This document shows, one piece after another, positions 29,700-38,527 of a stretch of 64,000 bases of DNA. The stretch comes from Patescibacteria group bacterium. GTDB taxonomy: Bacteria; Patescibacteriota; Patescibacteriia; UBA2591; UBA4787. The translations under genes were made by a program, and so were the position numbers. Location of the stretch: contig JAQUSN010000001.1 of the NCBI GenBank assembly GCA_028715115.1, forward strand, positions 3,314 through 67,313, read 5' to 3'. The notes under the pieces were generated by a model, which was not told the origin of the DNA, made no database searches, and worked only from the letters and a program-made list of their open reading frames with translations. Positions within the stretch are counted from its first letter, which is position 1; each line of letters opens with the position of its first letter.

Positions 29700-30584
29700 A
29701 TGGCTTATGGCGACGCTAATTTAGAAAAACCAAAAGAAGAAATTATTATATCCGATCCGGAAAGATTAGCTGAATTAGAGCAAGCGCTAATAAAAGGCGG
29801 GCCACAAAACCTGCACATTCTTTCTGACTTTGACAGAACCTTAACAAAGGCTTTTATTGATGGGCAATATATTCCATCGTTAATTTCTGTTTTACGAGAC
29901 CATGGCTATCTAACTCCTGATTATCCGGAACAAGCCCATGCGCTCTTTAATAAATATCATGCCATTGAGCTTGATCCCAAGGTTTCTTTAGCTGATAAAA
30001 AAAGAGCTATGCTTGAATGGTGGACGGCTCATTTTGATTTGTTGATTAGATCGGGATTAAACAAAAAAGACCTAAGCGACGTAGTCGAATCTAACCAAAT
30101 TGTTTTGCGGGATGGATTTAAGGAATTTAGCGAACTTCTAAAAGCGCAAAATATTCCATTAGTCGTGCTCTCTTCGAGCGGATTGGGCGGTGAAATTATT
30201 GCTATGCTTTTGGCTAAAGCCGGAGCATTATCAAGCAACGTGCACATTGTTTCCAATGAATTTGAATGGGATGCCGAGGGCAAGGCGATTGGCGTTAAAA
30301 AGCCCATAATCCACTCGATGAATAAAGATGAAGCTGCACTTAAAGATTTCTCGTTTTTTAAAGATATAAAAGACAGAAAAAACGTACTGCTAATGGGTGA
30401 CAATTTGGAAGATACGGCTATGATCACCGGCTTTAGTTATGATAATTTAGTCAGAATCGGATTTATGAACGAAAGAACTAAAGAAAATTTAGAACATTAT
30501 CAACAAAAATATGAGGTGGTAGTTTTAAATGACGGCTCGCTGGCTTATGTGAATGATTTGCTGAAAAAAATTAATCAGAGTTAA
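29700..30584 (+). CDS. HAD hydrolase, pyrimidine 5'-nucleotidase (cN-III/UMPH-1-like)
   Basis: LHILSDFDRTLT, MLEWW, LRDG, IVSN, NVLLMGDNLED. Confidence 0.8.
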   Translation: MAYGDANLEKPKEEIIISDPERLAELEQALIKGGPQNLHILSDFDRTLTKAFIDGQYIPSLISVLRDHGYLTPDYPEQAHALFNKYHAIELDPKVSLADKKRAMLEWWTAHFDLLIRSGLNKKDLSDVVESNQIVLRDGFKEFSELLKAQNIPLVVLSSSGLGGEIIAMLLAKAGALSSNVHIVSNEFEWDAEGKAIGVKKPIIHSMNKDEAALKDFSFFKDIKDRKNVLLMGDNLEDTAMITGFSYDNLVRIGFMNERTKENLEHYQQKYEVVVLNDGSLAYVNDLLKKINQS

Positions 30585-30591
30585 AAAAAAC

Positions 30592-30625
30592 AAAAAATCG
30601 CGAAGCTAAAACTCGCGATTTTTTT
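30592..30625. terminator. Bidirectional terminator
   Basis: AAAAAATCGCGA...TCGCGATTTTTT. Confidence 0.7.
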
Positions 30626-30630
30626 ATTTT

Positions 30631-30740
30631 AGTTTACCCCATCAGAGATTTAAGCAAATGAGATTTAAGAAATAAAAAATATGATAAAATTTGTCTAACA
30701 TTTCTTTATTCTAATTAAGATAATCTCTAAGGGGTAAACT
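30631..30740. mobile_element. 110-bp MITE-like element with ~20-bp terminal inverted repeats
   Basis: AGTTTACCCCATCAGAGATT ... AATCTCTAAGGGGTAAACT around an AT-rich core. Confidence 0.65.
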
Positions 30741-31206
30741 ATCTTGATTCGATTATTTTATACAGCGCGATAGCCGCAGCCGTAGAAACATTAAGCGATT
30801 CTTTAATACCAGCCATGGGTAATTCGATTATTTTATCAGCGCGTTTTAATAAACCCTTAGAAACACCATTAACTTCGTTGCCAATAATCAGGGCCAGAGG
30901 AAATTTTGGTTTAAATTTTAAATAAGAAATGCTTTTGGGTGTCTGCTCCAGAGCTACAATTTGATAGCCCTGTTTTTTTAATTTATCGACTTCGCGCCAA
31001 ATCGACCAATAATGTTCGAAAGGCACGCTTTTTTCCGCCCCCAAAGAAACCTTATCGATTTTGGGCTGCGGCGGCCTGCCAGTAATGCCACCCAAATAAA
31101 TCTCATCTACTCCGGCACCGTCAGCTAAGCGAAACATCGAGCCGACGTTAAACAAACTTCTGATATTATCCAAGATTAAAACTAATTTTTTATCTTTCTT
31201 CGCCAC
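30739..31206 (-). CDS. SpoU/TrmH-family RNA methyltransferase
   Basis: LDNIRSLFNVGSMFR, GNEVNG, ELPMAGIKESLNVS. Confidence 0.9.
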   Translation of the reverse strand: MAKKDKKLVLILDNIRSLFNVGSMFRLADGAGVDEIYLGGITGRPPQPKIDKVSLGAEKSVPFEHYWSIWREVDKLKKQGYQIVALEQTPKSISYLKFKPKFPLALIIGNEVNGVSKGLLKRADKIIELPMAGIKESLNVSTAAAIALYKIIESR

Positions 31207-31224
31207 TATCTTTAAATAAAATAT

Positions 31225-31521
31225 TTAATGTATCATCTGCTTAAGTCTCTCGGCTTCTTGCTCGACCACTGCACCGCTATATTCTCCATTGTGGGCATGC
31301 GCGCCGTCATAAGACGGTTTTTTTTGGTCTAAATGTAGATTATAAATTATCTGATCGGCCTTCTGTTCGATATAAATATGAAATCGCGGATAAAAAAATC
31401 CGCGCAGACGACGAACAAAACTGGTTTGGTGGCTTATCGGATCTTTAAATTCAGCATAACCGCAGCGCTTCAATTTAACTATCGCTTCGGCCAAACTTAG
31501 ATTTTTAAAAATAATTTTCAT
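31225..31521 (-). CDS. Hypothetical protein
   Basis: YPRFHIY, LHLDQKKPSY, HNGEY; likely start MKIIF just after the upstream stop. Confidence 0.7.
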   Translation of the reverse strand: MKIIFKNLSLAEAIVKLKRCGYAEFKDPISHQTSFVRRLRGFFYPRFHIYIEQKADQIIYNLHLDQKKPSYDGAHAHNGEYSGAVVEQEAERLKQMIH

Positions 31522-31523
31522 GA

Positions 31524-32480
31524 TTATTTTTTTGCTTTTTTGAATCGTTCGACGCGAATCAAGCCGGAACAAGAAATGATTTTTATGCCTTGTTTAGCTA
31601 ATTCATCTAAGAATAAATTCATGCCCAAGGAATCCGAAGCCATATGGCCAGCCACCACCACGTTAATATGCGCTTTTTCCGCTTCCTTACGGTGCTCTTC
31701 GCTCATGTGCATGGCTACTACCGTGCCAATGCCGACTTGGGCTAACTTTTCAAATATTAGCGGTGAGCCCTCGGTACCACCGGTTAATTCAGTTAAGGCT
31801 ATTTTACCGCAATGATTTTCCGGACGGCCGGAAAAAAGACGCGGACCAGCATTAAGTTTAATCGCCTCTTTGTACTCGGGAATGCTTTTCAAGAGTTTTA
31901 ATAAATCTTCGACATATTCTGGCTTTTCTTTTTTAATCATCTTATCTAAAAATGAAGCGACGAAATTGTCGGCCGGAGTATGTACGCACATTAAATTCAT
32001 TTTCAATAACTTAGCTGCATCAACCACTTCGTTATGATTAGCCGGAGACAGCTTACGGCTCACCTCGTCAATTCTAATTTTGACTAAATTTTCGGCGATA
32101 TTAATCGGCACACCATACATACTTAAAACATCGGCCTGTAAATGCATCACATCGTCTAATCCGGCTAAGCCAATCCCCTCAGGGTGATGGGCTAAAACTA
32201 AATCAACACCACCCAATTTATCGGCTAATAATAATTCTCCCACGCCAATATCCACACCAGTAAGAATCTTTTTTATTTGTTTTTTATCGTCAACCAAAAC
32301 CCGAGTATCAGAAAAAGGATTAATCAATCTTTCTTTGTCGAACTCCTCTTTTTGATCTTTTGATAACTCTTCATATTTTTTCTTTAAATGGGTCAACATT
32401 TTGCTAACCGTGGCTTTTCCGCGTAAGTCGGCTTCAGTGCCTAGTTTAATGGCTAATTGATAAATTTGTTGCGCGTTCAT
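31524..32480 (-). CDS. NIF3 (NGG1p-interacting factor 3)-like metal-binding protein
   Basis: AHHPEG, HTPADN, GHMASDSLG. Confidence 0.85.
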   Translation of the reverse strand: MNAQQIYQLAIKLGTEADLRGKATVSKMLTHLKKKYEELSKDQKEEFDKERLINPFSDTRVLVDDKKQIKKILTGVDIGVGELLLADKLGGVDLVLAHHPEGIGLAGLDDVMHLQADVLSMYGVPINIAENLVKIRIDEVSRKLSPANHNEVVDAAKLLKMNLMCVHTPADNFVASFLDKMIKKEKPEYVEDLLKLLKSIPEYKEAIKLNAGPRLFSGRPENHCGKIALTELTGGTEGSPLIFEKLAQVGIGTVVAMHMSEEHRKEAEKAHINVVVAGHMASDSLGMNLFLDELAKQGIKIISCSGLIRVERFKKAKK

Positions 32481-32550
32481 AGGGTTATAATTATGGAGTT
32501 AATTTCTCTAGTTTAACAAAATATAGATAAAAATCAAGACTTTCTAGGGG

Positions 32551-32578
32551 TTGACTTTTAACCAAAATATGCTATAAT
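32551..32578 (+). promoter_or_regulatory. Sigma70-type promoter of cassette 4
   Basis: TTGACT-N16-TATAAT with TGn extension; SD AAGGAGG follows. Confidence 0.8.
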
Positions 32579-32603
32579 TTAAAAACAAACTAAGGAGGAA
32601 ATC

Positions 32604-32966
32604 ATGCTGATTGTGATTGTGATCTGGGCCGTCCTGATGCTGGCCTATCCCGTCCTTCCCGTTGTTCTTTCGGGAATCTTACCGCCCCTGGTCTTTCTGA
32701 TCCTGTCCCTGATCTCAAACGAGGACTCTGTGTTCTCGACTCTGTGGACGGTCTTCATCATCTGCGGTATAGTCGGCGCCATCCTGAGCATCTTCTTCGT
32801 CCCGCAAGAGATCTTTTCGGCCAAAGACCCTGTGGTGCTGTATTTCCGGTTCACGAGGATGTGTGGCCTAATCGCCGCCTACGCAGTCACGATTGTCGTG
32901 GCTATTGTGAAAGTCATCAACTTAATCGAGACAAGGGCAAGAGCAAGGGCCGCAACAACCGTCTGA
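32604..32966 (+). CDS. GC-rich orphan 4-TM membrane protein (cassette 4)
   Basis: 120 aa, highly hydrophobic, ATC/TTC/GTC/CTG codons, SD AAGGAGG. Confidence 0.75.
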   Translation: MLIVIVIWAVLMLAYPVLPVVLSGILPPLVFLILSLISNEDSVFSTLWTVFIICGIVGAILSIFFVPQEIFSAKDPVVLYFRFTRMCGLIAAYAVTIVVAIVKVINLIETRARARAATTV

Positions 32967-32975
32967 TCAGCAACT

Positions 32976-33002
32976 GGGGCGCTCGCACATCGCGGGCGCC
33001 TC
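32976..33002. terminator. Terminator hairpin
   Basis: GGGGCGCTCGC-ACATC-GCGGGCGCCTC. Confidence 0.6.
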
Positions 33003-33010
33003 TGACCGTT

Positions 33011-33940
33011 TTAGAAAAATTCTACCAAAAATTCTATATTCTTATCTTGATATTTTTGGTTCATATATTTTTTAATCAGGCCTTCGGCCAATTTGATTAA
33101 TTCATTTTTAACGGCCCGATCAAGCGTCTTCTTGAAACGAATTAAAACTGTCGGGCCGGCCACATTGTCGGGCTCAACTAAAATATCTTTGGTTCGGCTT
33201 ATTTTTTTTAATTGCTGATTTTCTTTATGATTACGGCCGACTACACACAAGACATCTTCATGCCAAAAATTACGGCCCACTTTTAATAATTCCATATCTT
33301 CAATGTCGGCCTGCGGCCATTTATTAAACATTTCTTTGAGCCGCTGACCAAATGCCGGATCAGTTAACAGACATCCGCCGGCTGGCGTCGGATAATCCTC
33401 AAGATTATATTGCTGCGCTAAAGCCATTTGTTTCTGTCGCGAGCGACCGCTGATATCCATTAATTTATCTCTACCAACAATACTCCTGTTTTCGGCAATG
33501 GTCGACGCTAATAATTTAGCCGATAAGGGCCTTAGCAAATAACCTTCGAGGCTCGATTTTTTTTCTAATAATTTTAGAGCGGATTCATTTTGCGAAAACG
33601 GCCGTTCACCTAAAACCTCGCCGGTAGCGACGAAATCAAAGCCCTCCCGCCGCATCATCTCGCCAGCTTTTTTAAGCATCATTAAATGGCAATCAAGGCA
33701 CGGATTCATATTCTTGCCATAACCATATCGCGGATCTTTTACTATTGTTAGATGTTCTGAAGAAATATCAACTACTCGTAAAGGTAAGGAAATTTTAGCG
33801 GCCATTTTTTCTGGTATTGTAGCGTTAAAAAAACAACTGACAAACGTCAGTCCGGTCACCTTTATCGCTTGCTCTTGTAAGAGTTTAACCGCTAAAATCG
33901 AATCAAGCCCGCCAGAAAATAAACAAAGGGCTTTAGCCAT
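33011..33940 (-). CDS. ThiI/MnmA-like PP-loop tRNA thiouridylase
   Basis: SGGLDS, NPCLDCH, TGEVLGERP, PAGGCLLTD. Confidence 0.85.
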   Translation of the reverse strand: MAKALCLFSGGLDSILAVKLLQEQAIKVTGLTFVSCFFNATIPEKMAAKISLPLRVVDISSEHLTIVKDPRYGYGKNMNPCLDCHLMMLKKAGEMMRREGFDFVATGEVLGERPFSQNESALKLLEKKSSLEGYLLRPLSAKLLASTIAENRSIVGRDKLMDISGRSRQKQMALAQQYNLEDYPTPAGGCLLTDPAFGQRLKEMFNKWPQADIEDMELLKVGRNFWHEDVLCVVGRNHKENQQLKKISRTKDILVEPDNVAGPTVLIRFKKTLDRAVKNELIKLAEGLIKKYMNQKYQDKNIEFLVEFF

Positions 33941-33960
33941 GAAAATTATTTAATCTTTAT

Positions 33961-34191
33961 TTAATAGTAATATTTTAAAACTAAAGCCATGCTAATTGCG
34001 CCCCAAAATAGAGATAAAATCATCAACCATTTTCCGTCATTTTTAAGTCCTGGTTCCCGCCACAAAGCATAGCCATAAATTAATCCGGCAAAAAATGGAT
34101 TAAGAATAGTAACCAAAAGGCCAACAATTATCCATTTTTGTTTTGACACAACAATCTTGTCCGAGTCTTTATTTCTTACCTCGGTTATCAT
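33961..34191 (-). CDS. Small 2-TM membrane protein
   Basis: Hydrophobic helices; start taken at MITEV. Confidence 0.6.
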   Translation of the reverse strand: MITEVRNKDSDKIVVSKQKWIIVGLLVTILNPFFAGLIYGYALWREPGLKNDGKWLMILSLFWGAISMALVLKYYY

Positions 34192-34210
34192 AAAAAATAA
34201 TCTACTCAAA

Positions 34211-34468
34211 TTATCCTTCCACTTTAAAAACAATGTCGCCGGGCTTGACCATTTGGTCAACCTTCATGCCTACAGCATCGCCAGCTTTAGCTTCTTCGAT
34301 AGTTTGATGTTCGACCTGCATTGAATCCACAATTTGAGTAAAATCTCGACCACCGCCAACGATGTGAATGGTTTCGCCGGCTTTTAAACTGTCGGTTAAT
34401 TCTAAAACGGCTACGCTGATTTTGGCAAAATAATGCGTTATTTTGCCGATTTGTTTTTCTTCGGCCAT
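34211..34468 (-). CDS. Translation elongation factor-like beta-barrel protein (U32 C-terminal-like)
   Basis: IGKITHYFAKISVA, DFTQIVDSMQ, GDAVG. Confidence 0.8.
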   Translation of the reverse strand: MAEEKQIGKITHYFAKISVAVLELTDSLKAGETIHIVGGGRDFTQIVDSMQVEHQTIEEAKAGDAVGMKVDQMVKPGDIVFKVEG

Positions 34469-34580
34469 AAATTTATAACAAACTAATTAATATATAAATT
34501 ATAAAGGGTATCTTGATTCAAAGCAAGCTTTGAAATTATTTGCTTTCCTGATTAAAAAATCGGTTATTATCTGTAGATAA

Positions 34581-35264
34581 TTAAATAACGTATCGACCGC
34601 CCTTGATTTGATCGCCGATAACCATGCCGTGATCTAAGGTAATTACTCGACGTTTTAATAAATTAACAATTTCTCGATTATGACTCACCAGTAAAATAGT
34701 CGTACCGAATTTATTAATTTTTAAAAGCAAATCAATTATATCTCTGGTATTAATGGAGTCGAGATTGCCAGTCGGCTCATCGGCAATTAAAATTTTTGGC
34801 TTATTGGCAATGGCTCGGGCAATAGCTACGCGCTGCGCCTCGCCAGCCGATAATTGATGAGGCCAACGATTGGCCTTACTTTCTACGCCAACAATGCGTA
34901 AAATTTGCGGAACCATAGCTTTTATTTTTTTTTCCGGAGTACCGACTACTTCAAGGGCAAAAGCAACGTTTTCGTAAACGTTTTTTTTGGGCAATAATTT
35001 AAAATCCTGAAAGACCACACCCACCTGACGGCGTAAATATGGTATTTCTTGACTATTAATATCAGTGATATCCCAGCCGCCAATGATGATTTTGCCCTGG
35101 GTGGCCTTTTCTTCGGCAATAAGCAATTTTATAACCGTGGTTTTGCCGGCACCTGATTGGCCAACCAGGGAAACAAACTCGCCCGCCTCAACACTAAAAG
35201 AAACATTACGCAAAGCATGCGTATTTGGCGGATAGAATTTACTAATGTTGATTAATTTAATCAT
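34581..35264 (-). CDS. ftsE: Cell-division ABC ATPase FtsE
   Basis: GQSGAGKTT, IPYLRRQVGVVFQDFKLL, ADEPTGNLD. Confidence 0.92.
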   Translation of the reverse strand: MIKLINISKFYPPNTHALRNVSFSVEAGEFVSLVGQSGAGKTTVIKLLIAEEKATQGKIIIGGWDITDINSQEIPYLRRQVGVVFQDFKLLPKKNVYENVAFALEVVGTPEKKIKAMVPQILRIVGVESKANRWPHQLSAGEAQRVAIARAIANKPKILIADEPTGNLDSINTRDIIDLLLKINKFGTTILLVSHNREIVNLLKRRVITLDHGMVIGDQIKGGRYVI

Positions 35265-35329
35265 TTAATTTTTTTCTGGAGCCGAGGGTGAGGATCGAAC
35301 TCACGACCTATGGTTTACGATACCGTTGC

Positions 35330-35439
35330 CCCGCCTGCCATCGCCCTAGCCCGCGGTCGGAATCGAACCGACAACCTACGGTTTACGATACCGTTGCTCT
35401 ACCAGTTGAGCTACACGGGCTCAGGCTATGGCGGGCAGG
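35330..35439 (-). mobile_element. Inverted-repeat element carrying a complete tRNA-Thr
   Basis: CCTGCCCGCCATAGCCT-[tRNA]-AGGGCGATGGCAGGCGGG inserted in GGTAGA^GC of the outer tRNA. Confidence 0.75.
35348..35420 (-). tRNA. tRNA-Thr(CGT), intact, no encoded CCA
   Basis: GCCCGTG/CGCGGGC acceptor stem, ACGGT-ATCGTAA-ACCGT, GTCGG-TTCGATT-CCGAC. Confidence 0.92.
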
Positions 35440-35691
35440 TCTACCCTACTTCGAGCTTATTAATTAAGCTCGAACGGGCCGTCCAGTTTTTTTCAAAAAC
35501 TGGAATAGGCCAATTGAGCTATCTGGGCAAAAGTGGCGGGGCAAGGCTGCCCCGACGTTTTAGTCGGTCCGATGACTCCGACGAGTATCGGACTCCGTCG
35601 GAGGACTCCGACTGTAACGTCGGAGAGCTACCTCGGCATTAACACTCAGTCAGCCTATTAATATAATACACTAGGCTGAAAATTTTTCAAT

Positions 35692-36014
35692 TGGAGCGGG
35701 TAACGGCCTGCCTGCCCTGACTGCCGTCAGGCGGGCGGTAGGCAGGGAATTGAATCTTTACTTGGGAAGTCCTAAAAGTTTTTGCAATCCGCCAAATTGC
35801 GGAGAAGTAGTGAATTTTTGTGGAGCGGGCGACCGGATTCGAACCGGCGACCTTCTGCTTGGGAAGCAGACATTCTACCACTGAACTACGCCCGCTTAAT
35901 CAAAAGGGATATATCTTGGCTCGCAAAAAACCGGATCCTCGAAAAAGATATTCACTGCCAACTGGCAGATCATTCTTTTCCGGGAGACGCATTCTGCCGT
36001 TGAACCATACCCGC
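35692..36014 (-). pseudogene. Interrupted tRNA-Gly(CCC) surrounding an intact copy
   Basis: 5' GCGGGTATGGTTCAACGGCAGAATG (from 36014) pairs with 3' TACCCGC-T-CCA (to 35692); CTTCCCAAG at 35761-35769; T arm split by a 40-bp nested palindrome. Confidence 0.7.
35821..35895 (-). tRNA. tRNA-Gly(CCC)
   Basis: Full cloverleaf, TCTGC-TTCCCAA-GCAGA, ends TCCA. Confidence 0.95.
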
Positions 36015-36020
36015 CTAAAA

Positions 36021-36596
36021 TTATTTTTTAGAGCTATTCTTAATTTTTTTTAATTGTCCTCTTAATTTGGCTTTTTGATAAAAACTTAGTCTATCAATCA
36101 ATAATTTACCGACTAAATGATCCATCTCGTGTAAAATTACTCTAGCTAAAAGATCTTCAGCCCTAATAATGGTTTTTTGTCCGCTAGAAAAATCTATATT
36201 TTCAATTTCTATTTTTTCCGGCCGTTTGACTAATACGGATACTCCTGGCACGCTTAAACATCCTTCTTCTAATTTTTTGCATTTTTTTGACTTCTTAATT
36301 ATTTTGGGATTAATTAAAATAATCGGTCCTTCGCCAATATCAACGATGGCGATTTTTTTAGCCACTCCCACTTGATTAGCGGCTAGACCAACTCCATCAG
36401 CATCGCCTAAAGTCGCCAGCATATTGGCAATTAGTTTTCTCGCCTCATCGTCAATAGCTAAAACCGACTTAGCCGTCTGACGCAAAACTGGATGCCCATA
36501 AGCTACAATATCTAAAATTTGCGAGGTAAAATTTTTTATCTCGCTATTAATTATCGGTATAGCATTGATTCTCTTGCCTTTTGAGGATAAAGTCAT
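36021..36596 (-). CDS. def: Peptide deformylase (start uncertain)
   Basis: GVGLAANQ, EGCLS, HEMDH. Confidence 0.93.
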   Translation of the reverse strand: MTLSSKGKRINAIPIINSEIKNFTSQILDIVAYGHPVLRQTAKSVLAIDDEARKLIANMLATLGDADGVGLAANQVGVAKKIAIVDIGEGPIILINPKIIKKSKKCKKLEEGCLSVPGVSVLVKRPEKIEIENIDFSSGQKTIIRAEDLLARVILHEMDHLVGKLLIDRLSFYQKAKLRGQLKKIKNSSKK

Positions 36597-36699
36597 AAGT
36601 AAATAATATATTAGCAAAATCTGCCGATTTGTCAAAATTAGTTAGACAATTATCGACGTTGGGTATATACTTAAACTATTAAATAGTAATATAGATTTT

Positions 36700-37260
36700 A
36701 TGATTCTCTTTTGGGTCATTTTAATTGTCGTTGTTTTGTTTATTCTTTGGCTGATTGGCGTTTTTAATTCGTTGGTTATGGCTAAAAACCGAACCAATGA
36801 AGCTTGGGCTGACATAGAAGTACAATTAAAACGCCGCTATGATTTAATCCCCAATTTAGTTGAAACCGTCAAAGGCTATGCGACGCACGAACGTGAACTT
36901 TTTGAAAAGGTTACCTTGGCCCGCACTAAAGCTATGGGCGCACAAACCCTTAAAGAGCATGGCGAAGCGGAAAATATGCTAACCGGCACGCTGAAATCTT
37001 TATTCGCCGTAGCGGAAAATTATCCAGACCTTAAGGCCAACCAAAACTTTTTAGAATTACAAAGAGAATTAGTTGACGCTGAAGATAAAATCCAGGCTGC
37101 TCGCCGATTTTATAACAGCAACGTCAGAGACTTTAACACAAAAATAGAAATCTTCCCGAATCGCATTGTGGCTGGTTGGTTAAAATTCACTTCTCGCGAC
37201 TTCTTTGAACTGGGCGAAAATGACGCAGCCGCCAAAGAACCGGTTAAAGTAAAATTTTAA
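36700..37260 (+). CDS. lemA: LemA family protein
   Basis: QLKRRYDLIPNLVETVKGY, ENYPDLKAN. Confidence 0.95.
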   Translation: MILFWVILIVVVLFILWLIGVFNSLVMAKNRTNEAWADIEVQLKRRYDLIPNLVETVKGYATHERELFEKVTLARTKAMGAQTLKEHGEAENMLTGTLKSLFAVAENYPDLKANQNFLELQRELVDAEDKIQAARRFYNSNVRDFNTKIEIFPNRIVAGWLKFTSRDFFELGENDAAAKEPVKVKF

Positions 37261-37264
37261 TCAC

Positions 37265-38173
37265 ATGAATCTCTATAACAATATTTCTTCCAATATTCGC
37301 AAGACATGGTTGCTTATGACAATTTTTTTGATTTTGATTATCGGTATCGGCTATTGGTTGTCCTATGTTTATAATTCTTATGATATTTTGATTATTGCCG
37401 TTATTTTTAGCGTAGGTACCAGCTTTCTTTCCTATTGGTATTCTGATAAAATCGTGTTGGGCTTAAATAAAGCGCAGGAAATAAAAAAACAAGACGCACC
37501 CGAGCTTTATCGCTTGATTGAAAATCTCTGTATTACTGCCGGTTTGCCGACGCCAAAAGTATATGTTCTTGAAGAACCAGCTATGAATGCTTTTGCCACC
37601 GGACGAAATGCCCAACACGCGGTTATTGCGGTTACTCGCGGCCTATTAGAAAAGCTAGACAAAACCGAATTAGAAGGGGTTATTGCTCATGAATTATCAC
37701 ATATTGGCAATCGCGACATGTTACTGCAAACTGTAGTGGTAATTCTGGTTGGCATGCTTACTATGGCTTGTAATTTATTTTTTAGATTGAGTTTTTATGG
37801 GGGCCGACGGCGCTCTGACAATAACGAAGGTGGCGCGGCCGGCGCGATATTTTTAGTCTTGGGTTTGATTGCTATTATTCTAGCGCCGATTTTAGCCAGA
37901 TTGCTTAGTTTAGCTATTTCGCGCAAGAGAGAGTTTTTGGCTGACAGCTCCGGCGCCATGCTTACTCGCTATCCTGACGGCTTAGCCAGCGCTCTAGAAA
38001 AAATAGGCCAAGATCAAGCGCCGCTTAAAGTCGCTAATCCAGCTATGGCCCATCTTTACATCGACAATCCGTTTCACAATCAGCAAAAAATAAATTGGTT
38101 TAACAAGCTATTCCTGACTCACCCGCCGATGGAAGATCGAATCAGGGTTTTAAGGCAAATGAATATTCAATAA
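37265..38173 (+). CDS. htpX: Zinc metalloprotease HtpX (M48)
   Basis: NAFATG, HELSH, REFLAD, THPP. Confidence 0.95.
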   Translation: MNLYNNISSNIRKTWLLMTIFLILIIGIGYWLSYVYNSYDILIIAVIFSVGTSFLSYWYSDKIVLGLNKAQEIKKQDAPELYRLIENLCITAGLPTPKVYVLEEPAMNAFATGRNAQHAVIAVTRGLLEKLDKTELEGVIAHELSHIGNRDMLLQTVVVILVGMLTMACNLFFRLSFYGGRRRSDNNEGGAAGAIFLVLGLIAIILAPILARLLSLAISRKREFLADSSGAMLTRYPDGLASALEKIGQDQAPLKVANPAMAHLYIDNPFHNQQKINWFNKLFLTHPPMEDRIRVLRQMNIQ

Positions 38174-38527
38174 GGTGACCCTCCGACTCGCAAACTCGCT
38201 CCGGGTTATTTTAGCTCCGCTTAATACCCGCTGACTTGGCATTGAAGCTAAAATAAAAAATATAAAGTAAAACAAAAATCCTGAGTTAATCGGGATTTTT
38301 TGTTTAGAAAATTTCTGGCGGGATAAACTTCGTTTCACTACACTTATCTCATCTTTCTGCTGTTAAACTTCACCAACACCTCATTAAGCGAAGTGTTAGC
38401 GGAGTTTAATGGCGAGACGTTCGGGTTAAGCGCCCCGATAGCAAAACTTTATAAGGGTATTTTAACGTTATTTTTGCTGAGATCCTAATGTTTACGGGTC
38501 GCAGCTAAAACAGAAAGAATATAAATA

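Larger units (their letters stand above)
35277..35637 (-). pseudogene. Interrupted tRNA-Thr(CGT) containing several insertions
   Basis: 5' GCCGAGGTAGCTC (35637-35625) pairs with 3' CCTCGGC-T-CCA (35287-35277); anticodon arm and T arm lie at 35277-35329. Confidence 0.75.

Noticed and set aside
35270-36020. CRISPR array suggested by recurring short GC-rich repeats
   Set aside because: The repeats are tRNA fragments and inverted repeats with no constant repeat-spacer period, and there are no cas genes
35310-36053. ORFs 35310-35642, 35687-35881, 35782-36003 and 35820-36053
   Set aside because: They are translations of tRNA and palindrome sequence
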